In this document: piece by piece, positions 9,311 to 17,817 of the stretch
Layout: each line of letters starts with the position of its first letter
Position numbering within the stretch: position 1 is the first letter of the stretch
Virus record (IMG/VR): IMGVR_UViG_3300013126_000009
Reading direction: 5' to 3' (one strand)
Length of the DNA stretch: 64,000 bases
From: a virus
Lineage: Duplodnaviria > Heunggongvirae > Uroviricota > Caudoviricetes
Notes under the pieces: model-generated
What the model saw: the letters and a program-made list of their open reading frames with translations, nothing else
Database searches by the model: none
Told to the model about the DNA's origin: nothing
Made by a program: the position numbers and the translations under genes

Positions 9311-10597
9311 TCAAACAACTTCTACTTCTTCAAACTTCTTACTGTCAGCCAAAACTTTAAGATATAACTCACGTCTCTTAGCTGTAACAGCGTCAATACT
9401 GTACGTGTCTTTGACCGTATCATATAATCTATTACCCAGTACTTCAATCTTATCTGGATTGGTAATCAAATATTTAAGATGTTGATACCATTGTTTGTGA
9501 TTCTTAGCACTATCCACCAATAAAGCATTACCAGTTTCATTGAATTCACCACCTTTATCTTTGGCTGATGTCAAATCAATTGTGTATGGGCCAAAATCTT
9601 GAGCAACCAAAGCTTTTTTATGGAAACCAGCTTCAATTACCTTTAATTGTGATTTGACCTTGTTAAATTGGTGTGTAACCAAAGGTGCCAAAGAAATATC
9701 AAACATATTATAATTGCTGGCATAGGTTGAGATTGGTTTTGTCCAAACCCTTCTATAAGGCTCATTATCAACATCTGGGTATTCTGTTTTAGTGAATTCA
9801 TGCAGATAAGCTTTATATTCAGGACTTACTGTTTTAAAATCATCAGTGAATATCTTTTCATATTCATACCAGACACTTTCATGTGGTTTAATCGGTCTTT
9901 GGGTCTGTTGACCAGTTTTTTGGTCAATCGTTGTAATCATACCTCTAATGTCGTAACCACAAAGAACAAATTGAACTTTATCCATCAATTTATCACCCTT
10001 TAGTTTAGTTACAAGACCTTTTAAAAGTTTAATATCCTCAAGATGTGAGCTACCACCAAGAAAGGCGATTCTAATCCTATCACTTTTTTTAACATCTATT
10101 TTAAATTGTTTTTCAGATGGGTCAACAGCATTTGGTATTACATATACGTTCTTATTTATCTTTGATATGTCATCGGCAAAAATTTCAGTGGTTGTTATTA
10201 CATTCTTAGCCAATTTAATATTATTAGGTATTTTCTTATCCAGTCCAGCTTGTTTAATCATCATATGTGCTGGGTGATGACTACCAGGCGCCCAATAATC
10301 ATCAATGTCCATAAAACTTACAATACCTAATTTATCTAACCTATCTAACGTGGATTGCATTGTTTCAAAACTACCCAAATTTCTATGGTAATGAACGATA
10401 TCATATTTGCTTAACCATTCTTCATCGTTTAACTTTGGTTCATAATCAATATCCACATGAAACTCATCTGGATAATTCTTTTCTAAGGTCATATGTGGTT
10501 TGGTTGAACGATAATATCCAACGCCAGTGCGGTCACTAGGTACTACAAGTACTCTAATTTTACGACCTACTGGGGCATTAATTTTCTCTTGTTTCAT
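9311..10597 (-). CDS. GT-B (GT4-like) glycosyltransferase
   Basis: GVGYYR, DIDD, VIPNAVD and DISLAPL...FN..KS.LKVIEAG motifs. Confidence 0.85.
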   Translation of the reverse strand: MKQEKINAPVGRKIRVLVVPSDRTGVGYYRSTKPHMTLEKNYPDEFHVDIDYEPKLNDEEWLSKYDIVHYHRNLGSFETMQSTLDRLDKLGIVSFMDIDDYWAPGSHHPAHMMIKQAGLDKKIPNNIKLAKNVITTTEIFADDISKINKNVYVIPNAVDPSEKQFKIDVKKSDRIRIAFLGGSSHLEDIKLLKGLVTKLKGDKLMDKVQFVLCGYDIRGMITTIDQKTGQQTQRPIKPHESVWYEYEKIFTDDFKTVSPEYKAYLHEFTKTEYPDVDNEPYRRVWTKPISTYASNYNMFDISLAPLVTHQFNKVKSQLKVIEAGFHKKALVAQDFGPYTIDLTSAKDKGGEFNETGNALLVDSAKNHKQWYQHLKYLITNPDKIEVLGNRLYDTVKDTYSIDAVTAKRRELYLKVLADSKKFEEVEVV

Positions 10598-10655
10598 ATT
10601 ATATAATTAGTTTTTTTAATATTAGACATAATGAAACAATAAGTCAATATTGCGC

Positions 10656-10683
10656 AAAAAAAAAAGCACCATTTCTGGTGCTT
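10656..10683 (-). terminator. Rho-independent terminator
   Basis: AAGCACCA-TTTC-TGGTGCTT hairpin with an A-run on the plus strand (U-tract on minus), downstream of 10725..11318. Confidence 0.75.
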
Positions 10684-10724
10684 AAAGGTTTGATTATATA
10701 ACACAATTTAAATGATGAAAGAAA

Positions 10725-11318
10725 TCACTTTAACAAACCTTGTTTTTTTAATGTCATTATAGTTTTCTTGATTGTATCTTCCTTAATCTTATTAGTATAG
10801 GACTCGCTCATTATTCTGACCAATTCGTCTCTCACAATATTCCTGACCATATCTTCATTAACATTAGATGTCGTTGGTTGTTGACTTATTGGTTTCTTTT
10901 TATTTTGCATAAGTTCATTCAGACTGCTAGGTTGGTTGTATGGTACTTCCTTTTCACCACCCATTAAGTCTTTTCTAACATTTGATAAATTATAATCAAT
11001 CTTAGGTACAAACATATCAGCTGGTTCGATTATATTTTCAGACATTATTTTTTTAATACTATCTGGTAACTTTGAATTATTAATCATATCTTTACTGATT
11101 GGTCTCGGTTCAGTACTTTTACTGGTCATACCGTAACCTTCATTCATCATTCCATCAGGAAGTTCTGAAAGATACTGTGTTGGTTGTTCGTCAACAAAAC
11201 CTTGTGTTGTCGATTGACTTGGTGCTGTTTTTTTAACAGATTCAGCCATTGCCATAACAGCTTTACTCTTTTCAAGATTCTTAAGAAATGATAATGGTAC
11301 GTCTACTGGTTGTTGCAT
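10725..11318 (-). CDS. Hypothetical protein (possible head/core protein)
   Basis: 197-aa ORF with several L/M/V-x-E motifs; no firm family. Confidence 0.7.
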   Translation of the reverse strand: MQQPVDVPLSFLKNLEKSKAVMAMAESVKKTAPSQSTTQGFVDEQPTQYLSELPDGMMNEGYGMTSKSTEPRPISKDMINNSKLPDSIKKIMSENIIEPADMFVPKIDYNLSNVRKDLMGGEKEVPYNQPSSLNELMQNKKKPISQQPTTSNVNEDMVRNIVRDELVRIMSESYTNKIKEDTIKKTIMTLKKQGLLK

Positions 11319-11322
11319 AATT

Positions 11323-11991
11323 TTAAAATTTAGCTATGTTTAAAACACTTTTCATACTTTTATCGCCATTGGGGTTGAATTTAGGTCTTGGTGTTCTAAA
11401 TCTTCTGTTTAATACAGACCATTGACTGATTCTGTCGACCCTGAACAACTTCCATTCTGGAACAATGGTATCACTATCACCACTTAATTGATAAGCCCTA
11501 ATAACTGGATTACCAGCCATTGATATACCATAAGCATATACCTCAACGTTCCTTTTTCCTTTTGAAGTATTTTCATCCCCATCATAATAAATTATGATTT
11601 CGTTTTTGTTATTAATCGCGTCATTTATATTTGTGACACTTATTGATGTTGGTTGTCCTTCATCACTACCTTTTTCAACACTTACAACATTTTTGAAAGT
11701 GAATGGTCTAATATCACCAGTCCTTTTATTGGCTGTGGTGAATTTTAATGTACCATTTACAATACCTTCATTTTTATCAACAAACCATCTATATCCAGTA
11801 TACATTGATTTGGGTAAAAGGATTTCAAGTTCTAATTGCTCACTGTCCATACCAATAACCTCAAACGGTATTTCAGTATTATTGGTAACAATTGTAACTA
11901 TATCCCTATTACTTAAACCTTGAAACGGGTTTGATGGATTAAGTTGTTGTTCAAGTATAACACTTTCAAATATATTGTAAAGTTTTAACAT
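11323..11991 (-). CDS. WYL-domain protein
   Basis: C-terminal I.YYDG...KGKR.VE.YAYG...IRAYQ...WKLFRVDRI pattern typical of WYL domains; no N-terminal HTH seen. Confidence 0.75.
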   Translation of the reverse strand: MLKLYNIFESVILEQQLNPSNPFQGLSNRDIVTIVTNNTEIPFEVIGMDSEQLELEILLPKSMYTGYRWFVDKNEGIVNGTLKFTTANKRTGDIRPFTFKNVVSVEKGSDEGQPTSISVTNINDAINNKNEIIIYYDGDENTSKGKRNVEVYAYGISMAGNPVIRAYQLSGDSDTIVPEWKLFRVDRISQWSVLNRRFRTPRPKFNPNGDKSMKSVLNIAKF

Positions 11992-12305
11992 TATAGTTGT
12001 GGTGCAGTATAAGGATTATTTGGTGACATCCCCCATTGTGATTGGTTATATGCGATGGCCGCTAATCTACCAGAACCACCATAGTTAGGACTACCTAAAA
12101 TATCAAGTTCACCACCACCATTATATGTGTCCAAGTATATGCCTGTACCTTTACCTTGGATTGGCGTTTCTTGGTCTTTTAATGCTCTAGTGTGTGTTGC
12201 TGAATATTCGTTTGCATCCGCTTCACCATTGTAAATATTTTTTACTATGTTATTTTTCCTAGCAACATTAGCAGCGTCAGTTAATTTTTGTGCAGCATTA
12301 CTCAT
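11991..12305 (-). CDS. Hypothetical (probable virion) protein
   Basis: 104-aa ORF coupled to its neighbours. Confidence 0.7.
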   Translation of the reverse strand: MSNAAQKLTDAANVARKNNIVKNIYNGEADANEYSATHTRALKDQETPIQGKGTGIYLDTYNGGGELDILGSPNYGGSGRLAAIAYNQSQWGMSPNNPYTAPQL

Positions 12306-12306
12306 T

Positions 12307-12777
12307 TTAGTTTAATTTATTTTTGTTGTTATTATTATCCATATATTCTATTAAATATCTCATTTTGGACATTTCCTTATCATAATCCTCTTTAACATAA
12401 TCAACAGTATTGTTCATTATATTCCTACCATTACTCATGGTTCTGACATCTGGAATACCACCAACCTTTGTTGGGTTCTTATTATCCCTATCTTTTTTAT
12501 GCGTATCTTTAAAGTTATTACCACCACCCTTTTTACCACTAGCACCTGTTTCCATTCTGATTCTTTTTGGTGCTTCGTTTGCGGTAATTTCCTTTTTAAG
12601 TGTTTCTTCTAACCATTTTAAAACTTTATCTTCTTCAGGCGTCCTTTTATCTTTATTGTTCAATTCAGACATTTTTTTATTCATATTGGAATATGACATT
12701 TCTACATTATTGTTTAATAATGGTCTAAGATTCTTTGGAACTTCGAATGATTTATTTTTTAAATCAAGATTTGGCAT
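12307..12777 (-). CDS. Hypothetical basic protein
   Basis: 156-aa Lys/Asn-rich ORF in the operon. Confidence 0.7.
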   Translation of the reverse strand: MPNLDLKNKSFEVPKNLRPLLNNNVEMSYSNMNKKMSELNNKDKRTPEEDKVLKWLEETLKKEITANEAPKRIRMETGASGKKGGGNNFKDTHKKDRDNKNPTKVGGIPDVRTMSNGRNIMNNTVDYVKEDYDKEMSKMRYLIEYMDNNNNKNKLN

Positions 12778-13318
12778 CGCTCAATAATTTTTTAAGTTCT
12801 TCTTTTTCTTCTGGTGATAATTTCTCAATCTTTGAAACCAATTCAGTGAATTTATCTTTATCTACCAATTCTTTATTGGTGATTTTGGACACCAAATCAT
12901 TTTCGCTACCTTTAGATACCATATCCTCAATCATTGATTTGATGTTTTCTTTCATTTGTAGATTTGAGTCTTCGTGAAGCATACTTAACCATGTGCCAAC
13001 ACCCAATCGTTCACCGTGACTATATGCTGTACCACCAAGTCCAGCAAATGCTCTTTGCCATCTATCACCTTGACTGGTATCTCTTCTTATTTTATCGGTA
13101 TCAGGTGCAACCCCTTTTTTATAGCTTGTCAATCCACGGTCTTTTGCTGGTTTTTGTACAGGGCCTGTTTGTATATTAGCTTCATTACCATCTGGAACAG
13201 CACTATCAACAAAAGAACCATCGGGGTCTACAAACTCATCGATTAATTGTTCATCAACCTCAGTATTTTCGTTCATATTGAATTTCAATAAAAATTCTCG
13301 TTTTTTTAAAATAGTCAT
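12764..13318 (-). CDS. Hypothetical protein
   Basis: 184-aa ORF, first of the leftward operon, preceded by a TATTTATA motif on the minus strand (13335-13342). Confidence 0.7.
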   Translation of the reverse strand: MTILKKREFLLKFNMNENTEVDEQLIDEFVDPDGSFVDSAVPDGNEANIQTGPVQKPAKDRGLTSYKKGVAPDTDKIRRDTSQGDRWQRAFAGLGGTAYSHGERLGVGTWLSMLHEDSNLQMKENIKSMIEDMVSKGSENDLVSKITNKELVDKDKFTELVSKIEKLSPEEKEELKKLLSDAKS

Positions 13319-13334
13319 ATTAAAAAGCTTTTAA

Positions 13335-13365
13335 TATAAATATGTCAAAAACATCAATATTTATA
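13335..13365. promoter_or_regulatory. Divergent pair of putative late-promoter motifs (TATTTATA on each strand)
   Basis: Minus-strand copy at 13335-13342 and plus-strand copy at 13358-13365, between divergent genes. Confidence 0.5.
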
Positions 13366-13378
13366 ATAAACTATTATT

Positions 13379-15061
13379 GTGACCAATATAATTAACTATA
13401 CACCAAATAATCTTAAGTTAGTTCTTTCAAATAGGTATTATTGGGATTTCTATTTGAAGAATGCTATGCCTAACTATGCACCATATACTGGTTCAACCTC
13501 AGGAACTTGTTTTGTCGTTGATTTTGACTTTAATAACCCAGCAATATTTGGTACTGGAACAACTTCCGCTGATACTATTTATTCAACACAGACTTGGACT
13601 GGCGCAACTAATACTGGTGTAACAGCAACGACTATCGGTATTACTGGTATTGACAACGGTTTGATTACATTTGAAAAGTTGTCAGCAGACACATCAAATC
13701 AAGCGTTATTATCAGCTTTAACAGCTTCAACATTATATATACCATCTGGTGATACAAGGTTTATGATGACCAGAGTTACTGGTATGACAGAACAATACGA
13801 ATATCCAATGAATTTTGTCACCAGTACTGGAATAACTGGTGATTATATGAATTTCTGTGGTGGTTTCTATCAAGGGTATTATAAATTAGATGGTTTTGAT
13901 TATCAGGTATTACCAAATAGGGTGAATAAGGGTTGGGTTGCTGAATTCTGGTTAAATAAATCCGATAATGCTTGTAGTGGAACAACAGCAACAACTCTTA
14001 ATGACCTTTACCCAGATAATAAAGGTTTTTTCTTTTATATGGGTACAAGGGCTGAAAATAAGTTTTGGGATGTATTTGAAGGTCTTAACACTGGTTGCAC
14101 AAGTGCATGTACTACACCAATAGGTTGTACGGGAACAGTTACAACATTTTGTACAGTACCTAAAGAAAATCAAATTGTATTGTCAAATGGTGTTACATTA
14201 GACCCACCAGAAATAAAGGAGATTGTGATTAAAAATCAATTTATGATATATCATAATGGTGGGGCAACAACAACTCATTATGGCGTAAGTTACCCTAAAG
14301 GAGAAACCGCACCAGAATTTACAGGTGATAGTATTACCATAACAGCGACAACACAATTATTAACAGATAATAGAAATCAATTCTTAATCTACTGTAATAA
14401 ATGTAATAGCGCCAGTTGTTCATGTGGTGAATCAGATTGTCATACTGTATGTGATTATTCTGGAAGAACACAACCTTTATTGAGTTTGGATTACAATTTG
14501 GACATTATTGATAACGCAATAGGTTTTAGGATTAAAGATGATGGTAGCATAGGCTATCGTTTATTATCAGTAACAGGTACCTGTACAGGTGATACATATA
14601 TTTCAGGTGTTACAGTTACTGAAGGATATTCAGCCAGTGGTATGGTAACAAATGATATTTGGAAGAATATCGCAATAAGATTTTACGCTTATGAAAGAAT
14701 GACCGATGAAGAACTATTATGTAAAGGTCGTAGATTAGGTAGATTGGCTATTTATGTTAACGGTAAGTTAAAATTCTGGGTTGATGACTTTTTGGAAATA
14801 ATACCAAGACGATTGGACACCAATTATCAGAAACAAGTTGCCGTACCATATAATATAAGTTTAGGTGGTGGTTCACAAGGTTTATTGGAAAGTATGACCT
14901 TTGATGGTCAAGACCCTGAAGATTTAGGTCTTAATATAGAAAAGAACTTTGCTGGAACATTCATAGGTTCAATATCACAATTCAAATTTTATACATGTAA
15001 TCTTAATTGGGTTGATATTGAAAATAATTATAACCAAGAAAAGGCAAGATACGGTTTATGA
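13379..15061 (+). CDS. Putative virion structural protein, Thr/Gly- and Cys-rich, with a LamG/concanavalin-like C-terminal region
   Basis: TG-rich composition; W.NIAI...LAIYVNGKL...ISLGGG...FIGSISQFKFY pattern resembles LamG-like beta-sandwiches. Confidence 0.6.
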   Translation: MTNIINYTPNNLKLVLSNRYYWDFYLKNAMPNYAPYTGSTSGTCFVVDFDFNNPAIFGTGTTSADTIYSTQTWTGATNTGVTATTIGITGIDNGLITFEKLSADTSNQALLSALTASTLYIPSGDTRFMMTRVTGMTEQYEYPMNFVTSTGITGDYMNFCGGFYQGYYKLDGFDYQVLPNRVNKGWVAEFWLNKSDNACSGTTATTLNDLYPDNKGFFFYMGTRAENKFWDVFEGLNTGCTSACTTPIGCTGTVTTFCTVPKENQIVLSNGVTLDPPEIKEIVIKNQFMIYHNGGATTTHYGVSYPKGETAPEFTGDSITITATTQLLTDNRNQFLIYCNKCNSASCSCGESDCHTVCDYSGRTQPLLSLDYNLDIIDNAIGFRIKDDGSIGYRLLSVTGTCTGDTYISGVTVTEGYSASGMVTNDIWKNIAIRFYAYERMTDEELLCKGRRLGRLAIYVNGKLKFWVDDFLEIIPRRLDTNYQKQVAVPYNISLGGGSQGLLESMTFDGQDPEDLGLNIEKNFAGTFIGSISQFKFYTCNLNWVDIENNYNQEKARYGL

Positions 15062-15089
15062 CCATATTTATTAAAAAAGAAAATTTTAA

Positions 15090-17426
15090 ATGGCCACTAA
15101 TAGATTAGTTTTACGTAGTACAGGTAGCCCATATACTTTCCCTTTACCAGATATTGTTAAAGGTTCTGTTTTGTCGTGGAGTGAGGTTGATAACAACTTT
15201 ATATTTTTAAAGGGATTAGATATTAAAAGCGGTTCAGTAAGTGGTACTGACCTTATATTAGAAAGAATCAATGGTAGTAATATAAGTATCGATTTATCGG
15301 CATTTACTGGTGGTACTGGTACTGATGTTTTTGTAACTGGTGGCACTTATAGTGCATCAGCGTCAACTTTAACATTTACAAACAATACTGGTGGTACATT
15401 CAGTATAACTGGTGTAACTGGTGGTAGTGGTGGTACAGATTATTACACAACAGGTTTTACATTTAACCCAGCAAATTATGACATTACCGTCAGTTTGAAT
15501 AATGGTACTGATTTAACACAGAATTTGGGTATATTAGCTGGTGACCTTAAAGTCACTGGTGGTACTTATAATCCATCTACTGGTGTTGCAACCTTTACTA
15601 ATAATAGTGGCGGTACATTCCAAGTTACTGGATTCTTAACTGGTTATACGGATATATATACAACTGGTTTTACTTATGATAACACAACAAATACATTATC
15701 AATTAGTGATACTTATGGTTCCGTATATAATGCGTTAATTGACCAAATGTCTGGTTTGACAATAAATGGTAATTTAACCGTTACTGGAACCTCTAATTTA
15801 AATAATGTAACTGCCAGTACAATAACTAATCTAAATTATATCGATTTTAATACTGGATATACCCCAACTCAGCAGATTGGTAGGATTCATTGGGACCAAG
15901 ATTATGGTACGTTAGACGTTGACTTAGAGGGTAATAATGTAAATCTTAAAGTTGGTTTAGACAATTTATATTATATTAAGAATCAAAGTGGTTCAACAAT
16001 AAATAAAGGTAGAGTTGTTAGAGCTGCTGGAACCTTAGGTTCTTCAGGTAGAATACTTGGCGAGTATATGATTGCTGATGGTACAATACCTCATTATTTT
16101 ACTCTTGGTATCGCTGGTGAAAATATTTTAAATGGTGAAGATGGTTATGTTTATGAGTTTGGCTTAATTAAGGGTTTAAACACCACAGGTTCATTATATG
16201 GTGAAACGTGGAGTGGTGGTACAATACTTTATGTTCACCCGACTATAGCTGGTGGTTTAACCAGCATTGAACCTGTTGAACCAAATTTGAAAATACAAAT
16301 GGCTATTGTTATTGATGCTGATAGTAATGGTTCTTTGTTTGTTAGACCAAGTTTAGGTTATAATATCGGTGATTTACATAATGTACAAACTTCTGGACAG
16401 ACCAATGGTGATTTACTAATATATAATAGTGGAACTACGATATTTGAATTTGGTAAAACATTAACTGGCAATTATTTAATAAGCGGTGGTCTATCAGCGA
16501 CAACGGGAACATTTGGTCAATTGGGTATTTATAACCAATTTATTTTTCCAACAACTGATGGTTCGCCAAATCAAGTATTGCAGACTGATGGTGCTGGTAA
16601 TGTTTCTTGGGCAACAGTATCTGGTGGTACTGGTAGTACATCACCAGCTGGTTTAGATACTCAGATACAATTCAATCAAGGTGGTTCATTTGGTGCAAAC
16701 TCTGGATTGACCTATGATTATGGAACAAATGTGTTTAAAACTGAAGCCGTTATTGGTAATTCAACTAATCTATTTGAGAATGGAATTTCATTTATAGGTC
16801 CAAGCAGCGGTGTAACTTCAATTTTATATAATAATGCATTAAGTGCCACAAGTTATTCTTTTTTTCTTAACGGTGATTTATCATCAATTGCTGATGATTA
16901 TTCAACAATATTGGGTTATACTGATTTTGGTACCAATGACCGAACACTTGTCAATCTAAGAAAGGATGTCGCCCAAATGCAATGGGTTGATGATGTTAAC
17001 AGTCGTGAATCAGAAATAAGTTTAAACAATTCTGGTGTTAGTATTTACAATAATACTGGCACAACTTCTACAGGTATATATATAACTAATCAATACGGTG
17101 TAAATGTTAATTTATTTAATACAGGTCAAAGTCAAACTTTTCTTGTTACTAGAGAAACAGCCCCATCAGTCTATACTCATTATTTTAGCGTAGACACAAA
17201 CGGTTATGTAACAATAAACGAAGCTTATACGTTCCCTAACACTGATGGTTCACCAAGTCAAGTGTTGCAGACTGATGGTTCTGGTAATGTGTCATGGAGT
17301 TATATTTTTACTTCAGGCTCGACAACAGCTAATGCTGGTGTTCAAACATTACCATCGAACCCTCTTGGGTTCATAATAACTAATTTAAATGGTACACCCG
17401 TTAAAATTCCTTATTACGATATTTAA
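15090..17426 (+). CDS. Putative tail fibre/spike-like structural protein
   Basis: Repeated VTGGTY...TFTNN.GGTF units, two FP.TDGSP.QVLQTDG.GNVSW units and QIQFN.GG.FG, all typical of phage fibres. Confidence 0.65.
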   Translation: MATNRLVLRSTGSPYTFPLPDIVKGSVLSWSEVDNNFIFLKGLDIKSGSVSGTDLILERINGSNISIDLSAFTGGTGTDVFVTGGTYSASASTLTFTNNTGGTFSITGVTGGSGGTDYYTTGFTFNPANYDITVSLNNGTDLTQNLGILAGDLKVTGGTYNPSTGVATFTNNSGGTFQVTGFLTGYTDIYTTGFTYDNTTNTLSISDTYGSVYNALIDQMSGLTINGNLTVTGTSNLNNVTASTITNLNYIDFNTGYTPTQQIGRIHWDQDYGTLDVDLEGNNVNLKVGLDNLYYIKNQSGSTINKGRVVRAAGTLGSSGRILGEYMIADGTIPHYFTLGIAGENILNGEDGYVYEFGLIKGLNTTGSLYGETWSGGTILYVHPTIAGGLTSIEPVEPNLKIQMAIVIDADSNGSLFVRPSLGYNIGDLHNVQTSGQTNGDLLIYNSGTTIFEFGKTLTGNYLISGGLSATTGTFGQLGIYNQFIFPTTDGSPNQVLQTDGAGNVSWATVSGGTGSTSPAGLDTQIQFNQGGSFGANSGLTYDYGTNVFKTEAVIGNSTNLFENGISFIGPSSGVTSILYNNALSATSYSFFLNGDLSSIADDYSTILGYTDFGTNDRTLVNLRKDVAQMQWVDDVNSRESEISLNNSGVSIYNNTGTTSTGIYITNQYGVNVNLFNTGQSQTFLVTRETAPSVYTHYFSVDTNGYVTINEAYTFPNTDGSPSQVLQTDGSGNVSWSYIFTSGSTTANAGVQTLPSNPLGFIITNLNGTPVKIPYYDI
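16554..17297 (+). repeat. 57-bp imperfect direct repeat inside the fibre gene (16554-16610 and 17241-17297)
   Basis: The two copies differ at 6 positions and encode TDGSP(N/S)QVLQTDG(A/S)GNVSW. Confidence 0.85.
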
Positions 17427-17429
17427 ATA

Positions 17430-17813
17430 ATGATATTCAACATAAATAAAAATGCTACGTTACCCGTTTTGAATCTTGAGTTGATTCAAGATGGTCGATA
17501 TGATTATTCTGATTTTTATAATAAGTTGCAGAATTCGGACATTTATTTTACAATGTCCGATATAGAGACTGGTGTTAAAAAAATTGGTAAGAAATTAACG
17601 AACCCTTTGTTAAAAGAAGAATGTTATAATTGTGAGGATTGTTTGGGTGAGGAGTATTACCTTTCTTATAAATTCACTGAAAGAGATACTAATAAAGGTG
17701 GTACCTACGTTGGTAAATTCATTATAGAGTTTTTGGATGGCTCTGGAACCCTGATTGTCCCAATACAAGAGGAACTTATTATTAATGTAATAGAAGGTTA
17801 CATTAAAAAGTGA
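17430..17813 (+). CDS. BppU-N-like small structural/baseplate protein
   Basis: F.INKNATLP.L.LEL start and Y.F...DT...G.Y.G.F.I.F.DG pattern. Confidence 0.5.
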   Translation: MIFNINKNATLPVLNLELIQDGRYDYSDFYNKLQNSDIYFTMSDIETGVKKIGKKLTNPLLKEECYNCEDCLGEEYYLSYKFTERDTNKGGTYVGKFIIEFLDGSGTLIVPIQEELIINVIEGYIKK

Positions 17814-17817
17814 ACTG

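Noticed and set aside
16554-17297. Diversity-generating retroelement TR/VR pair in the fibre gene
   Set aside because: Both copies are in frame within one gene, the mismatches are not confined to adenines of one copy, and no reverse transcriptase is in the window.
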